Shown piece after piece: positions 9,695-19,435 of a stretch of DNA of 64,000 nucleotides. Each line of letters opens with the position of its first letter. The stretch's first letter is position 1. Source of the stretch: a virus (Duplodnaviria; Caudoviricetes); IMG/VR virus record IMGVR_UViG_2867988698_000004, positions 1-64,000 of that record; one strand, written 5' to 3'. Under the pieces are notes generated by a model. That model made no database searches. It was not told where the DNA came from and saw nothing but the letters and a program-made list of their open reading frames with translations. Both the position numbers and the translations under genes were made by a program.

Positions 9695-11871
9695 TGAGCC
9701 CGCGTATCAGCTGGAGCCCCCGCCACGGCCCCGTCATGCTCCCCGTCCAGGCCGCCGCCGGACTGTTCACCACCGCCGCCGTCTCCCACTGGACGCCGCT
9801 GGACCTGCCGTTCGGCTGGACCGCCGCCGGGGCGGCGGCCGGGCTGGGCCTGCTGTGGTGGCGGGGCCGCCTGACCGGCCTGCCCGCCCGGACGATGGCC
9901 TACCAGTGCGGCACCTGGGCGGCCGGGTCCGGATGGCTGCTGTACACCCAGGTCAACGGCCTCGGCTGGAACACCACGTTCACTCTGGCGGTCGGGGCGG
10001 CGGTCGCCGGGGCCGCCGCCGCCCCCATCCACGCCCACCGGCAGCACAAGCGGCAGGAGCACCTGCGGCACCTGCGCAGCATGGAGCTGCGGAAGCTGGC
10101 CACCGAGTGGGAGGACCGCATCTGGTCCGTCTGCCGGATCCGGGTCCGGGTGCTGGGGATCGAGCGGCAGTTCAACGACGCCGGCCGCGAGGTCGGCTAC
10201 ACCGTCGAGATCGAGCTGCCCGACAACGGGACCGGCCACGAGGACATCGCCAAGTACGCCGCCCGCCTCACCAACGCATCCCGGCTGCCCTGGGGCTGTG
10301 AGGTGCAGGTTCTGCAGGGCGCCGACCCCTGGCGGGTCCTGCTGGAGGTCGCCACCTACAACGCTCTCGGCCCGGTCATCCCGATCACCCAGGCGGGGCC
10401 GTCCACCATCAACGATCCCCTCCGGCTCGGCAAGCGCCGCGACATCTCCGAGGGGGCCGTGTCGCTGCGCTGGCACAACTGGGTGATCGTCGGCTCGGGC
10501 GGCTCCGGTAAGACCAACCTGGTGCGGACGATCATCAACCGTCTCTTGGAGTGCGAGGACGCGCTGGCGATCGTCATCGACCCCAACGGCGGCGGTGTCG
10601 CCCGCCCGTACCTGGACCCGTGGGTTGAGGGCCTGATCGACCGCCGCCCCCTCCTGGTCGCCAGCGACGAGGAGGAGATCACGTTCGTCGTGGAGTTCCT
10701 CCAAGCGCTCATCAGCGCCCGGATGCGCTCCCAGTACGAGGCGATGGTCGCCGTCGATGACGACAAGGTCCCCGTCAGCAACCGGGTGCCGCAAATCGTG
10801 GTCCTCGTCGACGAGAGCCATTCCCTGCCCAACCGGATCCAGCAGGGTCTGATCGACGTCAGCAACCGCAGCCGCGGCGGCAGCATCCGCATCGTCTACA
10901 CCGCGCTGCGTGGAACGGGTGACAAGCACCTGCCCCGCCCGATCCTGGCGCAGGGCACCGCCCGGTTCATCCTCGGCGTCAACGACGCCGGCGAGGCCGA
11001 CAACGTGGTCCGCGACAAGCAGCGCCCGGCCATCACCGCCCTGCCGCCCGGGTTCGGGAACGTCCGCATCACCGGGCAGGCGCTGTTCCTGATGAAGTTC
11101 TACCGGACCACCCCCCAATCGGCCCGCGAGTGCGCCATCCGCACCGCTGGGTGGCGTCCGGCCGGTCTGGAGCCCGAATCGCTGGAGCTGATGCCCGAGG
11201 CGCTGGTCCGCCGGTGGCTGGAACTGTGGAACCGCAGGGGCCACGCCCCCGCCGCAACCAGCGGGACCAGGACCGGCAGGACCAGGACCGAGACCGGCGG
11301 GACCAGGACCGGGACCGGGACCGGGGCGGGGGCGGGGACCGGCGGGACCGGGCGGGGTCGGCGGCCCTCCGTCCAGGAGGCCCTGGACAACCTCCGCAAC
11401 GCCCGGGACCGGATCCGCAAGGTCGGCAGGCAGCCCGGTCCCGACGAGACCAGCGGACCCGGCGGGACCGGGACCGGCGGGACCGGCGGGACCGGCGGGG
11501 AAGGGCGGCCGGAGGACCGCTTCGAGGACGTCATCGCGGGAGCGGGCTTCGGCCTGGAGCCGGAACTGCTGGTGCGGCTCCAAGCCGCCTTCAAGGCGAC
11601 CGGCCACGAAGAGATGCCCACCGAGGACCTGGCGGCGTTCATCGGCGCCGCCAAGAGCGACATGGGCCGCCTCCTCCCCCAGATCGGCGTGTACGCCCTC
11701 AAGAATCCGTTCCGCTACCCAGGCCGCCAGGGGCGGGTCCGCGGCTACGCCCTGGCCGACATCCGCAACGCCGTCGAAGCGATCCGCGCCGGCGCCCTGC
11801 AGGTCCCCCCGGAGGTCGCGGCCTGGACCTCCACCAAGCCCCTCCCCGACGACCAGGACGGCACCCCATGA
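9694..11871 (+). CDS. traB: TraB-type FtsK/SpoIIIE conjugative DNA translocase
   Basis: Four N-terminal TM helices, Walker A GSGGSGKT, Walker B IVVLVDE, C-terminal wHTH-like domain. Confidence 0.75.
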   Translation: MSPRISWSPRHGPVMLPVQAAAGLFTTAAVSHWTPLDLPFGWTAAGAAAGLGLLWWRGRLTGLPARTMAYQCGTWAAGSGWLLYTQVNGLGWNTTFTLAVGAAVAGAAAAPIHAHRQHKRQEHLRHLRSMELRKLATEWEDRIWSVCRIRVRVLGIERQFNDAGREVGYTVEIELPDNGTGHEDIAKYAARLTNASRLPWGCEVQVLQGADPWRVLLEVATYNALGPVIPITQAGPSTINDPLRLGKRRDISEGAVSLRWHNWVIVGSGGSGKTNLVRTIINRLLECEDALAIVIDPNGGGVARPYLDPWVEGLIDRRPLLVASDEEEITFVVEFLQALISARMRSQYEAMVAVDDDKVPVSNRVPQIVVLVDESHSLPNRIQQGLIDVSNRSRGGSIRIVYTALRGTGDKHLPRPILAQGTARFILGVNDAGEADNVVRDKQRPAITALPPGFGNVRITGQALFLMKFYRTTPQSARECAIRTAGWRPAGLEPESLELMPEALVRRWLELWNRRGHAPAATSGTRTGRTRTETGGTRTGTGTGAGAGTGGTGRGRRPSVQEALDNLRNARDRIRKVGRQPGPDETSGPGGTGTGGTGGTGGEGRPEDRFEDVIAGAGFGLEPELLVRLQAAFKATGHEEMPTEDLAAFIGAAKSDMGRLLPQIGVYALKNPFRYPGRQGRVRGYALADIRNAVEAIRAGALQVPPEVAAWTSTKPLPDDQDGTP
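11262..11500 (+). repeat. GGACC-core short repeats inside traB
   Basis: Many GACCGGCGG / GGGACC / CAGGACC units. Confidence 0.7.
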
Positions 11872-12170
11872 CCCACCCGGCGACACCCCGGCGGGACCGC
11901 ACACTCCCGCACACCCACCCCGCAGGAACGGGTGTGCACCGGGTGTGCGGGCGGGTGTGCGCACACCCGCCCGCACACCCGACCGCGCACCCGCCCGCAC
12001 ACCCCCGAAAACCTGCCCTGACCAGCGTGCACACCCCGCACAGGCAGGGTGTGCGCCGTCTCCCTCCACTCCCCCGATACCAGCCCCGCAACCACCCCGC
12101 CGACACCACCCCCGAACGCCCCGCACGGGCCGGGTGTGCAGGGTGAAGCGGGTCGATCGAAAGGACCCCC
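11872..12170. repeat. clt-like repeat region downstream of traB
   Basis: Repeated GCACAC(C) / (G)GTGTGC units in both orientations; poor coding bias. Confidence 0.55.
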
Positions 12171-12174
12171 GACG

Positions 12175-13674
12175 ATGCAGCTGAGACCCCCCGATCTCCG
12201 CCGCCTCCCCCTCCCCCACCGCCGCCGTGGTGGGGTTGTGGAGCAGGTGCGGCGAGACGCCGCCCAGGCCGCGCAGCTGGCCGCCGTCACCGGCCAGTCC
12301 CGACTGGAGGACCCCCGCCTGCACCCGCGGCTGCGGGGCATGGTGGACCGGCTCCGCACCCGCCAGCACCGCCTCCGGCTCCGCGCCCAGCACCAGCAGG
12401 CCAAACGCCGCGTCCGCGTCGCCGTCCGCCAGGCCGCCGACGCCGAGCAGACTCTCCGGGTGCTGCGCAAGGCCAAGGAGACGCACGCCCCCTACCGGTC
12501 CCTGCTCGCGCTGCACCGCGGCCGCCGCTCATTCCTGGCGTTCACCGTCACCGCGGCGCTGCTGCTGGGCGCCGGGTCGGCCACCGGAGTGGCCGCGCTG
12601 GCCGACCGCCTGGGCATGCACCCGCTGGCCGGGTGGGTCGCCGAACTCGGCCTGATCGGGCTGACCACCGCGGTGATCCTGTACCGGTCACACCTGGCCC
12701 GGTACAGCAGCCGCCGGGTGACCGGCTGGCAGAACTGGGCGCTGTGGACCTTCACGTTCGCGCCGCTGGGCACCTCCATCGCCGCCAACGTCGCGGCGGC
12801 CGGGGTGCTCGGCATGGCCTGCAGCGTCGGCGCCGCCCTGTGGAGCGTGTTCGCGCACATCGTGGCCGACCAGTCCGCGGAGGCCATGCACGACCAGGCC
12901 CAGAAGGTCACCGCCGTCGATGAGGAGCGGCTGCATGCCCTGGCGGTCGCCGACGACGTGTTCACCACCGCCCCCGCCGCCGCGCCTGCTGCGGAGCCGG
13001 TGCCGCCGGTGGATCCCGGCGAGGTCGCCCGGGTGCAGGCGCACCTGGCCGGCCTGGGCGTGGACCTGCCCCCAGAGGAGATCGCCCGGTACCTCCCGGC
13101 CCCGGCTCAGGTCCCTGCCCGGGGCCCGGTGCAGGTCCCGACCTCGGTCACGGTGCAGGTGCCGGTCCCGCCGCCGGTCCCCCCGGCCGCCGTGGAGCGG
13201 CCCGCAGCACCCGCGAAGGCCCCCGCCCCCGTGTCCGCACCGGCCCCGGTCCCGACCGGCGGGACCAGCGGAACCACCCCCCAGAACCAGCAGGACCAGA
13301 ACCGGCGGGACCGCCAGGATCACGGGGACCAGGACCAGGACCGGCGGGACCGGCGGGACCACGGGCCAGCCACCGCCGCAAACGACGCCACCTCCCACCA
13401 GACCTCGTCCCCGCTGGTGGGCGGGCAGCTGGACGTCGCGGCCACGGTCGAGCGGCTGGCCGCAGCCCGCTCCGACATCCCCCGGGGCGTGATCGAGAAG
13501 GCCGTCCAGGTCGCCGTCACCCTGAACGACAGGGGCGACCGGATCACCTGGCGCGACCTCCGCAAGAACGGAGTCTCCACCAGCACCCAGCGGCTGAACT
13601 ACCTCGCCCGCGAACTGCGGGAGGCGACCGGGCAGGAGCCGGCTCAGACCCAGCTGCAGGTGATCTCGGCCTGA
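12175..13674 (+). CDS. Spd-like multi-TM protein with Pro-rich linker and C-terminal HTH-like domain
   Basis: Coiled coil, four TM helices, PAPA linker; follows traB; GAAAGGA RBS. Confidence 0.6.
   Translation: MQLRPPDLRRLPLPHRRRGGVVEQVRRDAAQAAQLAAVTGQSRLEDPRLHPRLRGMVDRLRTRQHRLRLRAQHQQAKRRVRVAVRQAADAEQTLRVLRKAKETHAPYRSLLALHRGRRSFLAFTVTAALLLGAGSATGVAALADRLGMHPLAGWVAELGLIGLTTAVILYRSHLARYSSRRVTGWQNWALWTFTFAPLGTSIAANVAAAGVLGMACSVGAALWSVFAHIVADQSAEAMHDQAQKVTAVDEERLHALAVADDVFTTAPAAAPAAEPVPPVDPGEVARVQAHLAGLGVDLPPEEIARYLPAPAQVPARGPVQVPTSVTVQVPVPPPVPPAAVERPAAPAKAPAPVSAPAPVPTGGTSGTTPQNQQDQNRRDRQDHGDQDQDRRDRRDHGPATAANDATSHQTSSPLVGGQLDVAATVERLAAARSDIPRGVIEKAVQVAVTLNDRGDRITWRDLRKNGVSTSTQRLNYLARELREATGQEPAQTQLQVISA
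13254..13362 (+). repeat. Second GGACC-core repeat cluster
   Basis: GACCGGCGGGACC and CAGGACC units as in traB. Confidence 0.65.
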
Positions 13675-13688
13675 CCCGCCACCAACGT

Positions 13689-13723
13689 CAACGGCCCGCC
13701 CCCGGTGTGGGGGCGGGCCGTTG
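13689..13723. terminator. Bidirectional hairpin terminator
   Basis: CAACGGCCCGCCCCC-ggtgt-GGGGGCGGGCCGTTG between convergent genes. Confidence 0.8.
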
Positions 13724-13782
13724 CGTGTTCTCTGGCCGGTCAGGGCTCCAGCGGACGCCGGCAGCGACGGCGAGATACAGCA

Positions 13783-14334
13783 TCAGCTGATCTTCACCAG
13801 GGTCAGCACGACCAGGTCTTTCGGGTCGACCTTCTTGCTGGCGGCGGGTTCCTGCTTGGTCACCCTCCAGTTCACCGGCAGCAGGACAACGGTGTCGTCA
13901 GGGTCGGCGGAGGCGTACTCGATGTTGCTGAACCCTGCCCGCTCGAGGGTGTCGCGGGCGATGGCGCCGTTCTTGCCGACGACGTTCGGGACCGCGACCG
14001 TCGCGGGCTCGCTGGGCTTGGGGGTGGAGGGGGTGGAGGGCGCGGCCGGTTTGGCGGTCACGGTGATGGTCTTGGTGACGGTGACCCGCGGCCGCGGCTT
14101 GGCCGACTGGCCCGGCTGGGCGCCGGCCTGGGGGTCGGTGGCCATCACCGCGGCGCCCACACCGCAGGACACGAACGCGACCGCCCCCAGGACGAGCGTC
14201 GAGACGATGACGGCGACGCTGCGGCGCACGGTGATGGTGCCCGGCTGCGCGGCCGGGCCGCCGGGGGTCGGGTAGCCAGGCGGCCCGGCCGGGGGCTGTG
14301 AGGGCTGGCCGGGCTGCGGAGGCTGTGGATGCAT
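13783..14334 (-). CDS. Membrane-anchored PASTA-domain protein
   Basis: TM helix, P/T linker, VAVPNVVGKN...ARDTLERAGF...WRVTKQEPAA. Confidence 0.75.
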   Translation of the reverse strand: MHPQPPQPGQPSQPPAGPPGYPTPGGPAAQPGTITVRRSVAVIVSTLVLGAVAFVSCGVGAAVMATDPQAGAQPGQSAKPRPRVTVTKTITVTAKPAAPSTPSTPKPSEPATVAVPNVVGKNGAIARDTLERAGFSNIEYASADPDDTVVLLPVNWRVTKQEPAASKKVDPKDLVVLTLVKIS

Positions 14335-14549
14335 GTATCGGCTCCCGTAGGGGTTTCGGACTCGGGTTGCGGGCGCCGATGAGACGCGCCCCCTGCCGCC
14401 TACGGGTTACCGGGTGAGGCGAGTGTGGCGCCATGGGAAGCCCGAAGCACGGCGCTACGTGCCGTTCATGCCGCCCTCGGCCCAATTTCCAGTTGATGCC
14501 GGAACGGCCCCCTTGCCTCACCCGGCGCTGACGCGCCGACGCGGCCGGC

Positions 14550-14813
14550 TCATGACCTGGGCGTCTTGAGCCGGCGCTCCAACTGCTCCCGGCGGGCCTC
14601 CGGGTTGAGGGCCAGGCGGACGGTCTCCCTCGACACGTCGGCGGCCTTGGCGATGTCCCCCTGCAGGACTCCCTGCTCGGCCAGCGCGCGCCACTTGGCG
14701 TCACGTTCCTCCCGGAGCTTGCGCAGGGCCTCCTCGTAGTCCTGCTGGGCCTCGGCGGCCTGCTTCATCAGCTCCTGATACTGCGCGTCTCTGTTAACGA
14801 CCTTCCTGGGCAT
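14550..14813 (-). CDS. Small HTH repressor with N-terminal coiled coil, candidate regulon master regulator
   Basis: GVLQGDIAKAADVSRETVRLAL HTH; GAGGAG RBS; four operator boxes upstream. Confidence 0.75.
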   Translation of the reverse strand: MPRKVVNRDAQYQELMKQAAEAQQDYEEALRKLREERDAKWRALAEQGVLQGDIAKAADVSRETVRLALNPEARREQLERRLKTPRS

Positions 14814-14850
14814 GTCCGCTCCTCTCGTGTCTCGTGCCGTGCGACGGCAG

Positions 14851-14910
14851 CCAAGTGTATAAGGCCAAACACGTTTGACAATGCTAACATGTTTGGCCTA
14901 ACGTGTTTTG
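14851..14910. promoter_or_regulatory. Operator-promoter copy 2, divergent, four boxes
   Basis: Plus strand TTGACA(14875)-N18-TAACGT; minus strand TTGTCA-N16-TACACT; boxes at 14851 (degenerate), 14865, 14883 and 14897. Confidence 0.8.
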
Positions 14911-15024
14911 CGTCAACGGATCGTGGTGATCGGCTGTTGAACCGGAAGGCCCCGGCGGCCCCTCGCCCGACGCCCGACCGAAAACGAAGCCGGCCCCCGC
15001 GCCCCACACGTGAAAGGACGGTCC

Positions 15025-15870
15025 ATGCCCACTAGGAGCAAGTCCGCCAAGGGCAAAAGCCGCAAGGCGAGCCCCGCCCGCGTCGCCGCCGCGCAACAGC
15101 GCGACGCCGAGCTGCAGCAGATGGCCCAGGACACCCTGAACGACCCGACCCTGGGCCAGCAGGTCGCCGCCCTGCTGCCGACCGCCACGCCCAGCCTGTT
15201 CCGCTACAGCCTGCGGAACATCGCCCTGCTGATGAGCCAGGCCGCCAAGCGCGGCATGACCCTGACCGCCGTCGCCTCTTACGAGGAATGGCAGGACCTC
15301 GGACGGCAGGTCCGCAGTGGGGAGAAGGCCCTGTACATCAACCGGCCGATCACCGGCTCCCGCCGCCGGAACGAGGACGGCGAGGAAAACGAGGACGGCG
15401 AGGAGAAGACCCGCCGGGTCAAGTTCCGCGCCGTGCGGCGGTTCGACATCAGCCAGACGGACCCGATCCAGGACGCCCAGCCCCCCGCGGACCCCGACGA
15501 GGAGACCCAGGAGACGGCGGCGGCCGAGGAGACCGAGGTCGAGGAGACCACCGCGTTCGAGACGCTGATGGAGTCCCTGCTGGAGGACGCCGAGCGGCTG
15601 GGCCTGACGGTCTGCCTGCTCCCGGCCGACGAGCCCCACGAGCAGGCCGTCCAGGTGGACCACGACGCCGGGACCGTCACGATCCACTCCGACGACGACC
15701 AGACCGCCGTCGCGCACCTGGTGAACGTCCTGGCCCCGATGCTGGCGGAGCAGACCTCCACGCGAGAGCAGGAGCGGGAGCGGAAGGCCAGCGGTGACGC
15801 TCCCCGCCCCGCCGGGCAGCGCAACCGGCGGCCCGCCGAGGAGGCGGTGCCGACCCTGACGGTCCTGTAA
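15025..15870 (+). CDS. ArdC-like N-terminal ssDNA-binding domain protein with acidic C-terminus
   Basis: YSLRNIALLMSQA...VASYEEWQDLGRQVRSGEKALYI...FDISQT. Confidence 0.75.
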   Translation: MPTRSKSAKGKSRKASPARVAAAQQRDAELQQMAQDTLNDPTLGQQVAALLPTATPSLFRYSLRNIALLMSQAAKRGMTLTAVASYEEWQDLGRQVRSGEKALYINRPITGSRRRNEDGEENEDGEEKTRRVKFRAVRRFDISQTDPIQDAQPPADPDEETQETAAAEETEVEETTAFETLMESLLEDAERLGLTVCLLPADEPHEQAVQVDHDAGTVTIHSDDDQTAVAHLVNVLAPMLAEQTSTREQERERKASGDAPRPAGQRNRRPAEEAVPTLTVL

Positions 15871-15957
15871 CCCCGGCCGGGGAGAGAACGCCACCCGCCC
15901 AGGGCCGTTCTCTCCCCGGCCGGGTCCGCCCGAACCGACGATCAGGAGCCAGATGCC

Positions 15958-16656
15958 ATGCAGCGCATCAACCTGGACATCCCCGGCCTGGGGAGGCTGC
16001 GCGCCGCCTACACCGACGACTGGGAGGAGGGCGTCACCACCTACACGGTGACCGCCCCCCGCGTGACCGGTGCGTTCGCGGTCGCCCTGGCCGAGGAGTG
16101 GGACACCGGCAGGCCGCTGGACCCCGACAGCCCCCGTGTCCGGATCGACTACGGCGCGCACGTCCCCGGCCGCCACTACTTCCACGGCTGGGAACGCCCG
16201 GACCGCCCGGTCGTCAACGGGATATCGCTGGTCGGCGCCGCCTACGTCGACCTCGACGTCATGCGGCAGCGGCGGCTGGGCTGGCGGGACGTCAACTGCC
16301 GCAAGGCGATCGGCAAGTGGCACGACACGCCGGCGCCGCAGCCGACGAACGAGCGGACCGCGCTGGTCGTCCACGCGCTCGTCTTCCACTGGGCGACCCG
16401 GCCGGACAACCTCGCGCTGCGGCTGGCGGCCTGCCGCCGCCACGCCGGGCGGCTGAGCACCAACATCCAGCGGGACATCAAGCGGCAGGAGGAACTGGTC
16501 GCCGAGGAGCTGGCCCGGCTGCAGCGGCTCCGCGAATCGCTGACCGCCGCCCGCGTCCTGGCCGACATGCCGCCCGCCCAGACCTCACCCGCATCCCCAT
16601 CCCCCATCCCCCACAGCACTCAGGAGGCACCGCCATGTCCTCAGCCGTCCGCCTGA
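15958..16656 (+). CDS. Hypothetical protein
   Basis: AGGAG RBS; codon bias; C-terminal coiled coil. Confidence 0.65.
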   Translation: MQRINLDIPGLGRLRAAYTDDWEEGVTTYTVTAPRVTGAFAVALAEEWDTGRPLDPDSPRVRIDYGAHVPGRHYFHGWERPDRPVVNGISLVGAAYVDLDVMRQRRLGWRDVNCRKAIGKWHDTPAPQPTNERTALVVHALVFHWATRPDNLALRLAACRRHAGRLSTNIQRDIKRQEELVAEELARLQRLRESLTAARVLADMPPAQTSPASPSPIPHSTQEAPPCPQPSA

Positions 16657-17333
16657 CCGCCCCGATGCGGACCCTGCTCACCGACGCCCTGGTCTACCGG
16701 CGTAACGGTCTGGCCGTCCTGGGGTTCGGGCCGCCCACCGTCGCCGCCCTCATCCGCCGGGGCCTGGCGTACGAGGACACCGGCCCGGACGGCCGCAAGT
16801 ACGCCGCCCTCACCCCGCAGGGCGTCCTGGTCGCCGCGCGGCTGCTCGACCGCGGGCAGACGCTGCGGCCCGGTGACGTGGTCGTCTACCACGGGTCGCG
16901 GGAGGACGAGCGGGGCTGGGAGTACATCGTCATGTGCACCGACCGCGACGGCCGCCTGGTCCTGCTCGACTCCTACAACGCCTCGCGGGAGCTGGCGCGC
17001 GTACGGCGGGACTCGGTCTCGGCGACCGGCGAGACCCTGCTGAACGAGGACCCCACCGCCCTCGACGACGCCGCGGTGGCCGGTGCCGCGCCCCTGCTGG
17101 TGGAGGCCTACCGGGCGTCCGCGCGCCGTCTCGGGGAGGTGTCCCGGGCGATCGTGCAGGAGTGCCGGGACGGCGACGCCGGCCCCCGGGTGCCGGGGCA
17201 GGCGCTGGGCTCCCACCACCGGCGGCTGATCGAGCTGGTGCGGGAGCTGTACGCCGCCTCCCTCGACCACGGCCGCATCCGGGACGCGATCCAGCGCGCG
17301 GAGCCGCGGAACCGCGGAACCGCCAGGGGGTGA
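16635..17333 (+). CDS. Hypothetical protein, paralogue of 25505..26311
   Basis: Shared DVVVYHGS...G.EYIV...VRR.S motif; AGGAGG RBS. Confidence 0.7.
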   Translation: MSSAVRLTAPMRTLLTDALVYRRNGLAVLGFGPPTVAALIRRGLAYEDTGPDGRKYAALTPQGVLVAARLLDRGQTLRPGDVVVYHGSREDERGWEYIVMCTDRDGRLVLLDSYNASRELARVRRDSVSATGETLLNEDPTALDDAAVAGAAPLLVEAYRASARRLGEVSRAIVQECRDGDAGPRVPGQALGSHHRRLIELVRELYAASLDHGRIRDAIQRAEPRNRGTARG

Positions 17334-17368
17334 TCCGGCTCGGCCGGGGTCGGGGGCTTCCCACCACC

Positions 17369-17406
17369 TTGACACGCAATACATGTTTGGCCTAACATGT
17401 ATGGCA
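17369..17406 (+). promoter_or_regulatory. Operator-promoter copy 3
   Basis: TTGACA-cgcaatacatgtttggcc-TAACAT. Confidence 0.8.
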
Positions 17407-17437
17407 CAGGGAATGGGATAGCACCAGGGAGACCCCG

Positions 17438-17677
17438 ATGGACCTCGCCGAACTCGCCGCGAACATCTCCGACCTCTTCCGCGAGCCACTCACCGCCGGT
17501 GAGCGCAAGATGATCGACGAGGCGATCTACTTCGCGGACTCCGCCCGCTTCGAGCACACCAACGAGTGCGAGGACCCCGAGGGCTGCCCGGTCTGCGAGA
17601 CCGCCGAGGAGGCCATCGAGGTCCTGAGCGCGATCTACGACGACGCCCCCGTCGCGGACGAGCAGCCCGCCGCCTGA
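17438..17677 (+). CDS. Small acidic Zn-binding protein, paralogue of 18913..19131
   Basis: DLFREPLTA.ER...H...C...CPVCETAEEAI. Confidence 0.7.
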   Translation: MDLAELAANISDLFREPLTAGERKMIDEAIYFADSARFEHTNECEDPEGCPVCETAEEAIEVLSAIYDDAPVADEQPAA

Positions 17678-17715
17678 CATCCCCGCCGCCCCGGGCGCCC
17701 CGAGAGGAGTCCGCC

Positions 17716-17940
17716 GTGACCGATGGCCCGGCGCTGCCGGTCGAGGTGCACGCCGCCCTGGAGTACGGACCCGCCGGCGACCGCCGCACCCTGCGGCTGC
17801 AGGCCGATGCCACCGGCCGGTACGGGCGCATCGTCGGCACGGTCGAGGGCCGGTCGCGGTGGATGCCCTACCCGCGGGCTCTGGAGTTGTGGCGGGCCAC
17901 CTGGGAGCTGCTGGAGGTGCTGGGGCAGGACGTCTACTGA
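17716..17940 (+). CDS. Hypothetical protein
   Basis: GAGGAG RBS before GTG. Confidence 0.55.
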   Translation: MTDGPALPVEVHAALEYGPAGDRRTLRLQADATGRYGRIVGTVEGRSRWMPYPRALELWRATWELLEVLGQDVY

Positions 17941-17987
17941 CCGGGCGTCCCCGCCCGCGCGGCCTGCTCCGCCGTTCCGCCTCTTAC

Positions 17988-18036
17988 GCCCAACACGTTT
18001 GACATACCTAACACGTTTGGCCTAACATGTGTGGCA
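17988..18036 (+). promoter_or_regulatory. Operator-promoter copy 4, three boxes
   Basis: cccaacacgt-TTGACA-tacctaacacgtttggcc-TAACAT. Confidence 0.8.
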
Positions 18037-18067
18037 TACGGAGACGGGATGCGAGGAAGAGACCCCG

Positions 18068-18433
18068 ATGCAGAAGCAGGCCACCACCACCCGCTGCGCG
18101 AGCTGTGGCCGCCCGCTGCGCGCGGCGAGCAGCGTCGCCGCCGGTCGCGGACCCAAGTGCCGCGCCAAGGTGGCCCGCCAGGCCCGCGAGGCCGCCCGCA
18201 CCCGCTACGCCCACAAGCCGCAGCTGGTTGCCAAGGCCGAGGAGCTGCTGGAGGCCGGAGGGATCGTGCTGGTCCGCGGCCGGGTCTGCCGCACCGTGGG
18301 CAGCCGGGGCGACCAGTACCTGTCCCACCCGGACGCCTGCAACTGCCGGGCCGGTCTGCGGACCCGCCCCTACCTGTGCCACCACCGCATCGCCGCCGAC
18401 ATCTACACCGCCGCCCTCGGGCTGGCCGCCTGA
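18068..18433 (+). CDS. Zn-finger protein (DUF6011-like + SWIM-like)
   Basis: CASCGRPL...S...GRGPKC and CNCRAG...LCHH. Confidence 0.7.
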   Translation: MQKQATTTRCASCGRPLRAASSVAAGRGPKCRAKVARQAREAARTRYAHKPQLVAKAEELLEAGGIVLVRGRVCRTVGSRGDQYLSHPDACNCRAGLRTRPYLCHHRIAADIYTAALGLAA

Positions 18434-18463
18434 CCCGACACAACGGAACGGAGACGGATCGCC

Positions 18464-18913
18464 ATGGAGACCTGCCCTCAGTCCTGCACGCAGCTGTGCA
18501 TGGACCCCTGCGGCCCCGACCGGGAGGCGGACCTGGAGCCCGCCACCGAGCCCAGCCTGGAGGCGTGGACCATCGAATGCCGCCTGGAGCCGGGCCAGCC
18601 GCGGGTGCGGCTGCCCTACCCGATGGACGAGGCCACCGCCCGGCTGACCCACTCCCAGATCGTCCGCTACCTCGACCCCGGCGCCGTCCTGGTCGACCTG
18701 GTCGGTGAGCTGCTGGAGCGGATGCCGCTCGGCTCCCGCGTCCGCCACAAGACCGCCGGACGGACCGGGGTCCTGCTCGACGTCCCGTGCACCACCGGTC
18801 CCCGGGGCGACGAGCTGGTCATCGAGATCGTCCTGGACGGCGGCAGCGGCTGGCCGACGACCTGGCTGGCCGACGCCTTCGAGCCCGCCCCGGACCCCGG
18901 CGAGGAGAGCTGA
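18464..18913 (+). CDS. Hypothetical protein
   Basis: ORF with codon bias; coupled to the next gene. Confidence 0.55.
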   Translation: METCPQSCTQLCMDPCGPDREADLEPATEPSLEAWTIECRLEPGQPRVRLPYPMDEATARLTHSQIVRYLDPGAVLVDLVGELLERMPLGSRVRHKTAGRTGVLLDVPCTTGPRGDELVIEIVLDGGSGWPTTWLADAFEPAPDPGEES

Positions 18914-19131
18914 TGTTCCTGTCCGACGAACTCGCCGACCTGCTCCGGGAACCCTTCACCGCCCGCGAGCGCGCCCGGCTCGACCAGGCCGCCGCCGATG
19001 CCGGCGCCGCGCTGGTGGAGCACCGCGCGTTCTGCTCGCCCCGCGGCGCGTTCGGCTCCTGCCGGGTCTGCGACACCGCCCAGGAGGCCATCGCCCACCT
19101 GGACGCCCTGGCCGACCTGGGCCGCCCCTGA
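18913..19131 (+). CDS. Small Zn-binding protein, paralogue of 17438..17677
   Basis: DLLREPFTARER...H...C...CRVCDTAQEAI. Confidence 0.65.
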   Translation: MFLSDELADLLREPFTARERARLDQAAADAGAALVEHRAFCSPRGAFGSCRVCDTAQEAIAHLDALADLGRP

Positions 19132-19201
19132 ACCCTTCCGTCACGGCCGCCTGGCCCGCCCCGGGCCGGGCGGCGTCCCCTCCCCTCGAAAGGAGCCCTG
19201 C

Positions 19202-19435
19202 ATGTCCCAGCAGCCCGCCTGCCTGCCCGCCCTGCCGGAGATCGACCCGGAGGAGTCGCCGGTCACGTTCGTGATGCTGGAGTGCCGCACCTGCGGCGAC
19301 TCCTCCGGCTGGATGCGCGACCGCGGCAACAGCCGTCACTACGAGTGGGCCATGGAGCACTTCGACAACGTCGGCCACCCGAACGTCTACACCTGGTCGG
19401 TCAGCCGCAGCACCGCCCGCACCGGACGTTTCTGA
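19202..19435 (+). CDS. Small C2H2-like Zn-finger protein
   Basis: ECRTCG...WAMEH...GH; AAGGAG RBS. Confidence 0.65.
   Translation: MSQQPACLPALPEIDPEESPVTFVMLECRTCGDSSGWMRDRGNSRHYEWAMEHFDNVGHPNVYTWSVSRSTARTGRF

Noticed and set aside
7613-12516. Long minus-strand ORFs of 677 and 1039 aa
   Set aside because: Antisense shadows of GC3-rich plus-strand genes with no recognisable motifs; the same applies to most overlapping ORFs in the track
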